From an uncultured Megasphaera sp. (GTDB lineage: Bacteria; Bacillota; Negativicutes; Veillonellales; Megasphaeraceae), in contig URLP01000001.1 of assembly GCA_900548635.1 (NCBI GenBank), forward strand, positions 1 through 44,134: a DNA stretch of 44,134 bases, in the 5' to 3' direction. How positions within the stretch are numbered: the stretch's first letter is position 1; every line of letters begins with the position of its first letter. Made by a program: the position numbers and the translations under genes. Shown piece by piece: positions 10,520 through 20,885 of this stretch. The notes beneath the pieces are model-generated. The model was not told the origin of the DNA. It saw only the letters and a list, made by a program, of their open reading frames with translations, and did no database searches.

Positions 10520-11455
10520 ATGGAAATGTTATCGGCCATAGGGCCTTTCTTCGTCGCCGGCCTCCTGGGCACTGTGTTCGCCCGCTTCACGGGTATCAAT
10601 ATGAGCATGTGCGTCCTCCTCATGTTCCTCTACATGGGGGCCAAGCCTGTCGAATGCATCGCCGCTATGTTGATGTTCAATGTCTTTACGTATTTCACGG
10701 TCTACTCGCAGCTTCACGTCATGAAGATCAAGAGTTTCACCTTCTTCCCGGGCGTGCGTCTGGCCATCCCGATTTTAATCACCATCGCTTTGGCAGCCAT
10801 TAGCCCGTTCATTGGTATCGTCTTCTTCGTCTTTACGTTCCTCATGGAAATCTTTGCCAAGATTTATAAGGAAATGGACATTAAGTCGCGGCCGACGAAG
10901 GGGAAAATCGGTCAGATGGTCGTCATCGCCGGCATCCTGACGACAATTGGCACGGCCCTCGTCCAGTTCGTCCCGGAAAATTATTACTACATCGTCGCCG
11001 GCGTGGCCATCCTCGTCTACTGCTTCGTCATGTGGCGCAGCAGCGACCGCCGCAAAGGCTTGACGCTCTGGGATAAACTCCTCTACGCCTCGACCTTCGT
11101 CACCGGCCTGAGCGGCATCGATGCGACGGATTGGATCCATGCGCAGCACCGCAATCCGGAATCGGTCCTCTCGCGCTGCTATCCGATCGTTATCAACAGC
11201 GCGATGATCATCGCGCTCCTCGCTTCGTACGCTATGTACCAGTATTTCTCCTTAGGGGCACTCTTCGCCACCATCGGCTCGGCCGTCGGCATCCGCCTCT
11301 TCGGCTTATACGGTCACAGCGATAAAGGAAGTTTCTCGTACCTGACCCTGGGCATTGCCGTCCTGGTCGCCCTGGTCTTCATGATCATCCAGCCGGTACC
11401 GACAGGCTTCCCTGTCGTGCCCATGGCAGATGACACAGGATTCTTTAATTTCTAG
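10520..11455 (+). CDS. Multi-pass membrane protein of unknown function
   Basis: AGGAG RBS; many hydrophobic segments; 25 bp after pyrE. Confidence 0.8.
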   Translation: MEMLSAIGPFFVAGLLGTVFARFTGINMSMCVLLMFLYMGAKPVECIAAMLMFNVFTYFTVYSQLHVMKIKSFTFFPGVRLAIPILITIALAAISPFIGIVFFVFTFLMEIFAKIYKEMDIKSRPTKGKIGQMVVIAGILTTIGTALVQFVPENYYYIVAGVAILVYCFVMWRSSDRRKGLTLWDKLLYASTFVTGLSGIDATDWIHAQHRNPESVLSRCYPIVINSAMIIALLASYAMYQYFSLGALFATIGSAVGIRLFGLYGHSDKGSFSYLTLGIAVLVALVFMIIQPVPTGFPVVPMADDTGFFNF

Positions 11456-11632
11456 GCGCCTAAGGGGCTGCCGCATGAAGGTTTCGACCGTCATGGGGCA
11501 GTCTTTTTTTCTTTTCCAGCAGCAGGAATCCTTCATTTTTTGTCGAATCTCTTATTTAGATGATAAAGTTTGTTTTACTAAAAACTGCAAACTAAAAACT
11601 AAAAACTAGTTTTCCATAAGGGAGGGATTCGT

Positions 11633-12133
11633 ATGATGAAAAAGGGATTACTTTTAATGGCCGCTGCGGCCGTATTGGCCTGTAGTCCTGCTTTTGCTTA
11701 TGATGAAGGGCCCATCATGGGTCCCTACACGTCGCTGCCGGGGCTGACGGCGATCCAACAGTGCCAGCTGACGGTGGCCGGTAAGGTCATGGACCCGGCT
11801 GACGGGGCAGTGCTGCAGAAGAACGACGTCGTCATGATCCCTCTGCGCAAGGTCGCGGAACAGCTCGGCTATACGGTCACCTGGGATCCCGACGATCAGA
11901 GCGTGCGCGTAGAAATGAATATTGCCTATATCATCGTCAAACCCGGTGAAGATTGGTACGAACGCATCGGCACGATCAAGAAAGTCAATTTGAATCATAT
12001 CTTCCAGTACGGCGCAGGTCCGGTCAATGTCAACGGTACGATGTATGTGCCGGCCCAGCTCTTCGAAGCCTTTTACAACAACGTCACGATTACGCCGCAG
12101 GCCGTGACGATTACGCCGGCAGACCGCACCTAA
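11633..12133 (+). CDS. Secreted protein with copper amine oxidase N-terminal (stalk) domain
   Basis: Signal peptide ending AFA; MIPLRKVAEQLGYTVTWD and NGTMYVP motifs. Confidence 0.82.
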   Translation: MMKKGLLLMAAAAVLACSPAFAYDEGPIMGPYTSLPGLTAIQQCQLTVAGKVMDPADGAVLQKNDVVMIPLRKVAEQLGYTVTWDPDDQSVRVEMNIAYIIVKPGEDWYERIGTIKKVNLNHIFQYGAGPVNVNGTMYVPAQLFEAFYNNVTITPQAVTITPADRT

Positions 12134-12140
12134 AAAGTGC

Positions 12141-12169
12141 TTGACTTTATAGGCCCCGGCCGATACAAT
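12141..12169 (+). promoter_or_regulatory. Sigma-A promoter of the pyrB operon
   Basis: TTGACT-17 nt-TACAAT. Confidence 0.7.
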
Positions 12170-12184
12170 ATAAAGAAGAATATG

Positions 12185-12316
12185 CGGCAGTCCCGTGAGG
12201 CTGCGCGATTCTTATACTTTCAGATTGTACCTTTAATATAGTCCGGAGAGGCTAAAAAGGGACATATTTTGCCATGCTCATTATATGACCTTTGCCCTGC
12301 GGCAGAGGTCTTTTTT
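12185..12316 (+). promoter_or_regulatory. PyrR-binding attenuator leader (two binding loops plus terminator)
   Basis: AGTCCCGTGAGGCT (~12189) and CCTTTAATATAGTCCGGAGAGGCTAAAAAGG (12230-12260) match the PyrR loop; terminator GACCTTTGCC-CTGC-GGCAGAGGTC-TTTTTT at 12287-12316. Confidence 0.88.
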
Positions 12317-12331
12317 TACAAGGAGGATTTG

Positions 12332-13276
12332 ATGGTTAGTATACAGGGCAAAAGCCTGTTGGGGCTCCAGGGCGTACCGAAGGAAGAGATTGAACTCATC
12401 CTGCGCGTCGCTAAGAAAATGAAATCCGTCGTCAACAGCGGCGATAAGAAATTATCGCTCTTGAAAGGGAAATCCGTCGTCAACATGTTCTGGGAACCGA
12501 GCACGCGTACGCGCGGCTCCTTTGAAATGGCGGCCAAATACCTCGGCGCTGACGTTATCAACTTCACGCCGCGGGGCAGCTCCATCCAGAAAGGCGAAAG
12601 CTTCCGCGATACCCTTTTGACGGTTACGGCGATGGGCGTCGATGCCATCGTCATGCGTCAGAAACAGGAAGGTTCGCCGTGGTTCGCCCACCGCTGCGTC
12701 AAGCCGCTGATCATCAATGCCGGTGACGGCGCGCACGAACATCCGACGCAGGGCCTCCTCGACATGTTCACGATCCAGGAAGTCAAAGGCCATATCGACG
12801 GCCTGAAAGTCGTCATCGTCGGCGATATCGACCACGGCCGCGTCGCACGTTCCAACATCTACGGTCTGAAGACCATGGGCGCTGACGTCCATCTCGTCGG
12901 CCCACGCACGCTCCTCCAGCCGGAACTGGAAGCCATGGGCGTTACGGTCCACTACGATTTGCAGGAAGCCATCAAAGATGCCGACGTCATCAACGTCCTG
13001 CGCATCCAGAAGGAACGCCAGGGCATCGGCTTCTTCCCCAGTGCCGGCGAATACAATTCGCTCTTCGGCATCAACCGCGACCGCCTGAAATGGGCGAAAG
13101 ACGACGTCCTCGTCCTTCATCCGGGCCCGATGAACAGGGGCATCGAAATCGAACCGGATACATGCTACAGCAAGTATTCGTCCATTCAGGAACAGGTTAA
13201 GAACGGCGTATCCGTCCGCATGGCTGTATTATATCTGACAATTATGGGAGGCGATGATGTTGACATTACTCGTTAA
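12332..13276 (+). CDS. pyrB: Aspartate carbamoyltransferase catalytic subunit
   Basis: AGGAGG RBS before ATG 12332; FWEPSTRTRGSF, NAGDG..EHPTQ, LHPGPMNRG. Confidence 0.97.
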   Translation: MVSIQGKSLLGLQGVPKEEIELILRVAKKMKSVVNSGDKKLSLLKGKSVVNMFWEPSTRTRGSFEMAAKYLGADVINFTPRGSSIQKGESFRDTLLTVTAMGVDAIVMRQKQEGSPWFAHRCVKPLIINAGDGAHEHPTQGLLDMFTIQEVKGHIDGLKVVIVGDIDHGRVARSNIYGLKTMGADVHLVGPRTLLQPELEAMGVTVHYDLQEAIKDADVINVLRIQKERQGIGFFPSAGEYNSLFGINRDRLKWAKDDVLVLHPGPMNRGIEIEPDTCYSKYSSIQEQVKNGVSVRMAVLYLTIMGGDDVDITR

Positions 13277-14546
13277 AGGCGGCAGAGTCATCAATCCGGC
13301 GATGCAGCAGGATGAAATTTGTGATATCCTCATTGAAAATGGCAAGATCAAGGAAGTCGGCGCGAATCTGCAGGCCGACGGGGCAGAAGTCTTCGATGCC
13401 AGCGGCCTCGTCGTAGCCCCGGGCTTCATCGACATGCATGTCCATCTGCGTCAGCCCGGCCAGTCCGGCAAGGAAACGATTGCGACCGGCACAGCCGCAG
13501 CCGCAGCCGGCGGCATCACCCGCGTCGCCACGATGCCGAACACGAAGCCAGTCATCGATTCGGCAATCATCGTCGACGGCATGAAGTATAAGATCGAACG
13601 GGAAGCGAAAGTCAAAGTCGAAATCGTCGGCGCCATTTCCAAAGGCCTCCAGGGCCAGGAACTGTCAGCCATGGGCGCCATGGCCAAGGAAGGCGTTGCC
13701 GCCTTTTCCGATGACGGCCGCTACGTAGAAAACTGCGATTTCATGCGCAAAGCCATGGAATACGCCAGCATGTTCCACAAGGTCATCATCGACCACTGCG
13801 AAGAACAGAGCCTCGTTGAAGGCGGCAACATGCACGAAGGCATCGTCTCCAATGAACTGGGCATCAAAGGCCGTCCGGCCGTTGCCGAAGACATTGCCGT
13901 CGCCCGCGACATTTTCCTCGCCGAAGCGACGCATACGCCGGTCCACATCGCGCATATCAGCACGAAGAATGCCGTCGAACTCGTTCGCCAGGCCAAGAAG
14001 CGCGGCGTCCAGGTCACGGCAGAAGTCACGCCGCAGCACCTCATCCTGACCGATGAAGCTCTGCGCACTTTTGAAACACGCTTTAAAGTCAACCCGCCGA
14101 TCCGCTCGGAAGAACACCGCGCGGCCTGCGTCGAAGGTCTGAAAGACGGCACTATCGACGCTGTCGTCACGGACCACGCACCGCATGAATGGGAAGAAAA
14201 GGACCAGGAATTCAACCTCGCCCCGAGCGGCTTCGTAGGCCTCGAAACGAGCGTCGGCGCTATGCTGACTTATATGTATCATACGGGCAACATCGACCTC
14301 ATGACCCTGGTCAATGCCATGTCGACGGCTCAGGCCAAGATCCTCGGCCTCGACGCCGGCGTCATCGCGGTGGGCAAAGATGCCGATTTGACCGTACTTG
14401 ATCTCGATAAAGAATGGACGGTAGATTCCTCGAAATTCTATTCCAAGGGAAAAGCTTCGCCTTTCGATGAAATGATCTTCAAGGGCAAAGCAGCCGCTAC
14501 CATCGTCAATGGTAAAATTGTGATGAAAAACGGGGAGGTTTTATAA
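13254..14546 (+). CDS. pyrC: Dihydroorotase
   Basis: PGFIDMHVHLRQPG, MPNT, HIAHIS, KVNPPIR, TDHAPH. Confidence 0.96.
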   Translation: MMLTLLVKGGRVINPAMQQDEICDILIENGKIKEVGANLQADGAEVFDASGLVVAPGFIDMHVHLRQPGQSGKETIATGTAAAAAGGITRVATMPNTKPVIDSAIIVDGMKYKIEREAKVKVEIVGAISKGLQGQELSAMGAMAKEGVAAFSDDGRYVENCDFMRKAMEYASMFHKVIIDHCEEQSLVEGGNMHEGIVSNELGIKGRPAVAEDIAVARDIFLAEATHTPVHIAHISTKNAVELVRQAKKRGVQVTAEVTPQHLILTDEALRTFETRFKVNPPIRSEEHRAACVEGLKDGTIDAVVTDHAPHEWEEKDQEFNLAPSGFVGLETSVGAMLTYMYHTGNIDLMTLVNAMSTAQAKILGLDAGVIAVGKDADLTVLDLDKEWTVDSSKFYSKGKASPFDEMIFKGKAAATIVNGKIVMKNGEVL

Positions 14547-15604
14547 TGAAAGGTGTCCTCATATTAGAGAACGGACAGAAGTTTTACGGCAACATGCTGA
14601 TGGATGAACCGGCTGTCGGCGAAGTTGTCTTCAATACGGGCATGACAGGCTACCAGGAAACGTTTACGGACCCGTCCTATGCCGGCCAGATCATCACCAT
14701 GACGTATCCGCTCATCGGCAACTACGGCTTGTTCCATGAAATCGAACAGGCAGAACGGCCCTATGCTGCCGGCTTCATTGTCAGCGAACTTTGCGAAGAA
14801 CCGAGCAACTGGCAGAACGAAGGCAAGCTGTCTACCTTTATTATGACACACCACATCCCCTGCCTCTACGGCGTCGATACGCGTGCCATTACGCGGGCCA
14901 TCCGCAGCCACGGCGTCATGAAAGGTGTCATCGTCCCGGAAACGATGGACGAAAGCGCCATTAAGGAACTCTTTGATACGCCCTTGGAAACGCAGCTCGT
15001 CCGCCGCGTCACGACGCGGGAAATCAAGCACATCGGTGACGGCCGCTTCCACGTCGCCGTCATGGACTACGGCGCCAAAGCCAACATCCTGCGCGACCTC
15101 GTCCGCAACGACTGCCGCTTGACGGTCTTCCCGGCCGAAACGAAGGCGGAAGAAGTCCTGGCTATCAACCCGGACGGCATCTTCCTGAGCAACGGCCCTG
15201 GCGACCCGAAAGATGTGCCGTACATCGTCGAAGAAGTCAAGAAAATGATCGGCAAGAAACCGATTTTCGGTATCTGCCTTGGCCTGCAGATGCTCGGCCT
15301 GGCCCTGGGCGGCAAGAGCCGCAAGCTGACCTTCGGTCACCGCGGCGCCAACCATCCGGTCAAGGATATCCGCACGGGTCGCGTCTACATCACGTCCCAG
15401 AACCACGGCTACGTCATCGACGAAGCCTCGCTGCCTGACGAAGTCGTCATTACCCACCGCAACCTCCACGACAACACGCTTGAAGGTTTTGAAGTCCCGT
15501 CCAAGAAAATCATGTGCGTCCAGTACCATCCGGAAGCTTCGCCGGGACCGACAGATAATTTGTACTTGTTTAAACAGTTCGTCAAGATGATGGAGGAAAA
15601 CTAA
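14546..15604 (+). CDS. carA: Carbamoyl-phosphate synthase small subunit
   Basis: [42 protein letters not shown]. Confidence 0.97.
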   Translation: MKGVLILENGQKFYGNMLMDEPAVGEVVFNTGMTGYQETFTDPSYAGQIITMTYPLIGNYGLFHEIEQAERPYAAGFIVSELCEEPSNWQNEGKLSTFIMTHHIPCLYGVDTRAITRAIRSHGVMKGVIVPETMDESAIKELFDTPLETQLVRRVTTREIKHIGDGRFHVAVMDYGAKANILRDLVRNDCRLTVFPAETKAEEVLAINPDGIFLSNGPGDPKDVPYIVEEVKKMIGKKPIFGICLGLQMLGLALGGKSRKLTFGHRGANHPVKDIRTGRVYITSQNHGYVIDEASLPDEVVITHRNLHDNTLEGFEVPSKKIMCVQYHPEASPGPTDNLYLFKQFVKMMEEN

Positions 15605-15605
15605 G

Positions 15606-18600
15606 ATGATAGAAGGATTGAAGAAAGTACTCGTTATCGGTTCGGGCCCGATTATCATCGGTCAGGCCGCCGAATTTGACTATGCCGGCACCCAGGCCTG
15701 CCGTGCCCTGAAAGAAGAAGGGCTGGAAGTCGTCCTCATCAACAGCAACCCGGCAACGATCATGACGGATGAAGACATTGCCGACCGCGTTTACATCGAA
15801 CCGATTTCCCTCGACTATGTTACGGAAGTCATCGAAAAAGAACGGCCTGACGGCCTCCTGGCAACCCTCGGCGGTCAGGTCGGCTTGAACATGGCCGTTC
15901 AGCTCGCCAATGCCGGCGTCCTGGAAAAATACAATGTTCAGCTTTTGGGGACGCGCCTGTCGGCGATTGAAGAAGCGGAAGACCGGGAACTCTTCAAGAA
16001 AGCCATGAAGGACATCAACCAGCCGGTACCGGAAAGCGATATCTTTGAAGATGTCCCGTCGGCTATCGAATTCGCCGATAAGATCGGCTACCCGATCATC
16101 GTCCGTCCGGCCTTTACCCTCGGCGGTACAGGCGGCGGTATCGCTCATGACGAAGACGAATTGTTCATGATTGCCACGCGCGGCATCAAACTCAGCCCGA
16201 TTAACCAGATCCTCGTCGAACGCTCTGTGGCCGGCTGGAAGGAAATCGAATACGAAGTCATGCGCGACAAGGCCGATAACTGCATTATCGTCTGCAATAT
16301 GGAAAACATCGACCCCGTCGGTATTCATACGGGCGACTCTATCGTCGTCGCGCCGAGCCAGACCTTGAATGATTTGCAGTACCAGATGCTGCGTACGGCC
16401 TCTCTGGCTATCATCCGCCGCTTGAAGATCGAAGGCGGTTGCAACGTTCAGTACGCCCTCGACCCGAACAGCAATCAGTATTACGTCATCGAAGTCAATC
16501 CCCGTGTCAGCCGTTCGTCGGCTCTGGCTTCTAAGGCAACGGGGTATCCTATCGCGAAAGTAGCTGCTAAAGTTGCTACGGGCTTGACTTTGGACCAGAT
16601 CACCAATGCCGTCACGGGCAAGACGACGGCTTGCTTTGAACCGACCTTGGACTACTGCGTCGTCAAGTTCCCGCGCTGGCCTTTCGAAAAATTCGCCCTT
16701 GCCGATAAGACCCTGGGCACGCAGATGAAGGCTACTGGTGAAGTCATGGCTCTCGACCGTTGCTTTGAAGGGGCTCTCCTCAAAGCGGTCCGCTCCTTGG
16801 AAATCGGCGTCAACTATATTTCCATGAAGAAGCTCGAAAGCAAATCCCTTATCGACATTGTCGAACTCTTGCAGAAGCAGGATGATGAACGTCTCTTCGT
16901 TGTCGCTCAGGCCCTGCGCCTCGGCATCAGCGAAGAAAAGATCCACTACATCACGGGCTACGACCTCTGGTTCATCCATAAGATCAAGAACATCATCGAC
17001 CTCGAAAATGACTTCAAGCGCAACAACCTCACGGTTGACAATGTCCGCCTGGCCAAACGCTACAGCATGCCCGACGTCATCATCGCCGGCCTTACGAACA
17101 AGACGGAAGACGAAGTCCGCCAGTTCCGCGTCGACCACGGCATTACGCCGACCTTCAAGATGGTCGATACGTGCGCTGCTGAATTCGAAGCCGAAACGCC
17201 GTACTACTATTCGTGCTATGCTGACGAAGACGAAGTCAAGCCCCTCGGCAAGAAGAGCGTCATCGTCCTCGGTTCCGGCCCGATCCGCATCGGTCAGGGC
17301 ATCGAATTCGACTACTGCTCCGTCCATTCGGCCTGGGCCCTGCGCAAAGCCGGCATGAACAGCATCATCATCAACAACAACCCGGAAACGGTCAGCACTG
17401 ACTTCGATACATCGGACAGCCTCTACTTTGAACCGCTCACGGTGGAAGACGTCATGGCTGTCGTCGACAAGGAAAAACCGGTCGGCGTCATCTGCCAGTT
17501 CGGCGGCCAGACGGCAATTAACTTGGCAGCTCCTTTGGCAAAACGGGGCGTCACCGTCCTCGGCACGTCCGTCGACGGCATGGACCGCGCTGAAGACCGC
17601 GAACGCTTCGACGAAGTCCTGGCCAAATTGAACATCCCCCGTCCGGACGGCCGCATCGCTACGAGCGATAAAGAAGCCATGCAGGTTTCCCAGGAACTGA
17701 CCTTCCCGCTTATCGTCCGCCCGTCGTACGTCCTCGGCGGCCGCGCCATGGAAATCGTCTACAACGAAAAAGAATTGGAACGCTACCTGCGTGAAGCCGT
17801 TATCGCCTCGCCGGACCATCCGATCCTCATCGATGAATACATGGTCGGCCGTGAAGTCGAAGTCGACGCCGTTGCCGACGGCACGGACGTCTACATCCCG
17901 GGCATCATGGAACAGGTCGAACGGGCCGGCGTCCATTCTGGTGACTCCATTGCCGTCTATCCGCCGCAGCACTTGGACCAGGATATGATCGACCAAATCG
18001 TCGATTATACGACACGCATTTCCCTGGAACTGCAGGTAAAAGGTTCGGTCAACATCCAGTTCGTCGTCTCCCGCGGTAAATTGTACATCATCGAAGTCAA
18101 CCCGCGTTCGAGCCGTACCGTTCCGTTCCTGAGCAAGGTTACGCACTTCCCGATTGTCGAAATCGCAACGCGCATCGCCCTCGGTGAAAAACTGAAGGAC
18201 ATGGGCTACCACAGCGGCCTCATGCCGGCGAAGAAACACGTCGCCGCCAAGGCACCGGTCTTCTCGTTCAGCAAGATCGGCCTCGCCGAAATCGCCCTCG
18301 GGCCGGAAATGAAGTCCACCGGCGAAGTCATGGGCATCGGCCATTCCTATTCCGAAGCCCTCTACAAAGCCGTTAACGGCGCGAAGATGAAGATTCCTGC
18401 CGGCGGCACGATCCTCGTTACCGTCGCCGACCGCGATAAAGCTGAAGCCCTGCAGCTGGCCGAAGGCTTCAAGGAACTGGGCTATCACATCATCGCCACC
18501 GAAGGCACGGGCAAATACTTCAACGACCACGGCATGCCTGTCGATATCGTCCGCAAGATCCATGAAGGCGGCCAGAACATCGCCACCATGATCCGCAACG

Positions 18601-18809
18601 GCAAGATCGACCTGGTCCTCAACACCTTGACCTACGGCAAGCATCCGGAACGCGACGGCTTCAATCTCCGCCGCATGGCCGTAGAACTCGCCGTTCCCTG
18701 CCTAACCTCCCTCGACACAGCCCGTGAAGTCCTCCGCGTCTTTGCCAATAAAGGCAAAAACGAAGGCTACCATCACGTCGCTGCCCTGCAGGATTACGAC
18801 ATGGAATGA
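15606..18809 (+). CDS. carB: Carbamoyl-phosphate synthase large subunit
   Basis: [15 protein letters not shown], two ATP-grasp repeats (IEVNPR twice), MGS-like C-terminus. Confidence 0.98.
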   Translation: MIEGLKKVLVIGSGPIIIGQAAEFDYAGTQACRALKEEGLEVVLINSNPATIMTDEDIADRVYIEPISLDYVTEVIEKERPDGLLATLGGQVGLNMAVQLANAGVLEKYNVQLLGTRLSAIEEAEDRELFKKAMKDINQPVPESDIFEDVPSAIEFADKIGYPIIVRPAFTLGGTGGGIAHDEDELFMIATRGIKLSPINQILVERSVAGWKEIEYEVMRDKADNCIIVCNMENIDPVGIHTGDSIVVAPSQTLNDLQYQMLRTASLAIIRRLKIEGGCNVQYALDPNSNQYYVIEVNPRVSRSSALASKATGYPIAKVAAKVATGLTLDQITNAVTGKTTACFEPTLDYCVVKFPRWPFEKFALADKTLGTQMKATGEVMALDRCFEGALLKAVRSLEIGVNYISMKKLESKSLIDIVELLQKQDDERLFVVAQALRLGISEEKIHYITGYDLWFIHKIKNIIDLENDFKRNNLTVDNVRLAKRYSMPDVIIAGLTNKTEDEVRQFRVDHGITPTFKMVDTCAAEFEAETPYYYSCYADEDEVKPLGKKSVIVLGSGPIRIGQGIEFDYCSVHSAWALRKAGMNSIIINNNPETVSTDFDTSDSLYFEPLTVEDVMAVVDKEKPVGVICQFGGQTAINLAAPLAKRGVTVLGTSVDGMDRAEDRERFDEVLAKLNIPRPDGRIATSDKEAMQVSQELTFPLIVRPSYVLGGRAMEIVYNEKELERYLREAVIASPDHPILIDEYMVGREVEVDAVADGTDVYIPGIMEQVERAGVHSGDSIAVYPPQHLDQDMIDQIVDYTTRISLELQVKGSVNIQFVVSRGKLYIIEVNPRSSRTVPFLSKVTHFPIVEIATRIALGEKLKDMGYHSGLMPAKKHVAAKAPVFSFSKIGLAEIALGPEMKSTGEVMGIGHSYSEALYKAVNGAKMKIPAGGTILVTVADRDKAEALQLAEGFKELGYHIIATEGTGKYFNDHGMPVDIVRKIHEGGQNIATMIRNGKIDLVLNTLTYGKHPERDGFNLRRMAVELAVPCLTSLDTAREVLRVFANKGKNEGYHHVAALQDYDME

Positions 18810-18849
18810 GTTAGTCGTTAGCAGTTAGCAGCTAGTAGTTCGCAGCTCT

Positions 18850-18885
18850 AAAAAGCACCCCGCAATAAAGTGGGGTGCTTTTTTT
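18850..18885 (+). terminator. Terminator after carB
   Basis: AAAAAGCACCCC-loop-GGGGTGCTTTTTTT. Confidence 0.85.
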
Positions 18886-18934
18886 GTGTGCCTCTCCTGT
18901 GGCCGGGAGGGGAACCACGAAGTCGCCATAACGG

Positions 18935-19308
18935 CTCGGACTCAGATGGCGCTGTGCGCCTTTAGACTCAAACTGACAATGACGCTTCGGGATACCCGAA
19001 GCGCATAGCGGGTTCGCCACGCGCGAACCCCTACGTGCCAGGCCTAAGGCCGTGTCTTAAACGATGACGCTATCATTACCACGGAAACGCCTACGGGCCA
19101 GGTCTAGGGCCATGTATTATTTAATATCGCCTGTATGCGATTTTGTAGGGGCGCCCGCGTGAACGCTGGGTATCTCGACTCGGGATACTAGTCGTAAAAA
19201 TTCCGCGTGCGACATCGCCAAAGGCGATAAGCCGCTGCTTTCAGGCGCTCCTGCGCCTATACAATCCCCTGAACCTGACGCTGCGGAAGGCAGCATCTGA
19301 ATCCGAAG
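18935..19308. repeat. Composite REP element: class-A forward, GTAG-REP reverse, spacer, partial GTAG-REP forward, class-A reverse
   Basis: CTCGGACTCAGAT at 18935; GCGGGTTCGC-CAC-GCGCGAACCCCTAC 19008-19034; GTAGGGGCGCCCGCG 19145; GCTGC..GCAGC ATCTGAATCCGA 19280-19306. Confidence 0.8.
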
Positions 19309-19363
19309 CATCGGCAGGCGCCTATGTGGTATAATATTCTCAGTACGAGAAAGGGTGATATGT

Positions 19364-19870
19364 ATGAAGATGAAACACGGTATACTCACGTTGTCTTTGG
19401 GATTGGCCATGGCTCTAGGCGGTTTTTCCGGCAGCCAGGCTTTTTTTAACAGTCCTTTAGCGGCAAACAGTCATTACCGGCCTGTGAATTTCGGCATGGG
19501 CTATGAAATGTACGTCGATCTGAGCTCGGTGGAAACGGTGAAGGATGACGGTCAGGGCTGGATTTTCAAGGTCAATATGCTGCGTTCGCCCGAAGATTCG
19601 GGGACCATCGAAGGGGCGTATCCGCTGACTTATAAGATTGCCCACGGTCAGGCCTGGCTGTATAATGATTCGACTCACAGCTGGCAGGAAATCCCGATGC
19701 GTAAGAAGGAACTGAAGCACAACCAGATTGCCGATTTCGTGGCCGTCAACCTCTGCTGGAAGCAGAAGACCGGCCAGTATCTGAATGATGACTACGGTTA
19801 TGCCAAGGGCATGGAGCATTACTACAAGGGGGAGCAAACACCGACGCAGTCCGGCGCGGCCCGGCACTGA
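19364..19870 (+). CDS. Secreted N-terminal domain, probably the 5' part of a frameshifted LD-carboxypeptidase fusion
   Basis: Signal peptide (MKMKHGILTLSLGLAMALGG..SQA); overlaps a start-less S66 frame. Confidence 0.65.
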   Translation: MKMKHGILTLSLGLAMALGGFSGSQAFFNSPLAANSHYRPVNFGMGYEMYVDLSSVETVKDDGQGWIFKVNMLRSPEDSGTIEGAYPLTYKIAHGQAWLYNDSTHSWQEIPMRKKELKHNQIADFVAVNLCWKQKTGQYLNDDYGYAKGMEHYYKGEQTPTQSGAARH

Positions 19871-20760
19871 AGCGGGGCGACTGTATCGGCGTAGCGGCGC
19901 CGGCGACGCATGACGAGGGACAGGATATTTCCAGTGCCGTCTCGCGCCTTAAGGATGCAGGCTACCGCGTCAAGCTGATGCCGACGGTAAAAGGGCAGTA
20001 CGGCTTTTTTGCCGGCACCGATGAAGCGCGGGCCCGGGATTTGAACGCTCTTTTTGCCGATGACGACGTGAAGGCCATCGTCTGCCTCAACGGCGGCTAC
20101 GGTTCAGCCCGCGTCCTGGATAAGCTCGACTACAAGCTGATTGCGGCCCATCCGAAGCTCGTCGTCGGCTTCAGTGACGTCACAGCCCTGCAGACGGCCC
20201 TCTGGGAAGAATGCCGCCTGGTCACGGCGAACGGTCCCCTGATGGTTACTCTCGGCGGCTCGGATGACTACACGGCAGGTCAGTTTTTCAGAGGCCTGCA
20301 GACGGAAAATTGGCAGGGGAACCTGGCTCTGCCGGTAGGACGCAGGCTGGAGGCCATCGTTCCCGGCACGGCCACAGGCCCTTTGGTCGGCGGCAACCTG
20401 ACGGTCCTCACGTCCCTCGTCGGCACGCCCTATGCCCTGGATGGGAGAGGCTGCATCCTCGTCCTGGAAGATACGGGTGAAGATGCGTACCGCATCGACC
20501 GCATGCTCAACCAGCTCTGGCAGAGCGGCCTTTTAAAACGCGTTGCCGCCATTGCCTACGGTGATTTTACCGATTGCCCTAACGACCCGGGCGACTTCAC
20601 GACGGACCAGGTCTTGGATTATTATGCTCATCTGGCTGGGAAACCTGCCATCAAAGGCCTGCCCGTCGGCCACACCAGGGACAAGGCCTTCCTGCCTTAC
20701 GGCCTCACGGCGACCGTCGTGGCCGGAGACAAAGAAGCCGTTTTGCGTTGGGGGAGGTAG
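19861..20760 (+). pseudogene. LD-carboxypeptidase (peptidase S66) domain lacking its own start codon
   Basis: Frame reads PALKRGDCIGVAAPA upstream of ATG 19978; GGYG, GFSD(Ser), GGNL, LED(Glu), GH(His) all present. Confidence 0.8.
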
Positions 20761-20798
20761 GATGAACGATTATTTATGTAAAAATTACTGTATAATTC

Positions 20799-20842
20799 TT
20801 GACAAAATATTAAAATGCATATATAATGAATAAAAATTCAAG
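20799..20842 (+). promoter_or_regulatory. Sigma-A promoter with overlapping ARG box (ArgR operator)
   Basis: TTGACA(20799)-17 nt-TATAAT(20822); palindrome TGAATAAAAATTCA at 20827-20840. Confidence 0.85.
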
Positions 20843-20885
20843 CAATAGTCAGGGCACAGCCCATGTGATATAGGAGTGATGAAGT

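Noticed and set aside
12269..12331. Extended N-termini in the ORF track (pyrB; also infA, ECF ATPase, gap paralog 1, SGNH hydrolase)
   Set aside because: They run through leader or terminator sequence; downstream ATGs have clear RBSs
15582..18644. 1020 aa antisense ORF, and similar long antisense ORFs over rpoA, argD, gap, gpmI and the MFS gene
   Set aside because: Shadow frames of codon-biased real genes; no motifs or RBS
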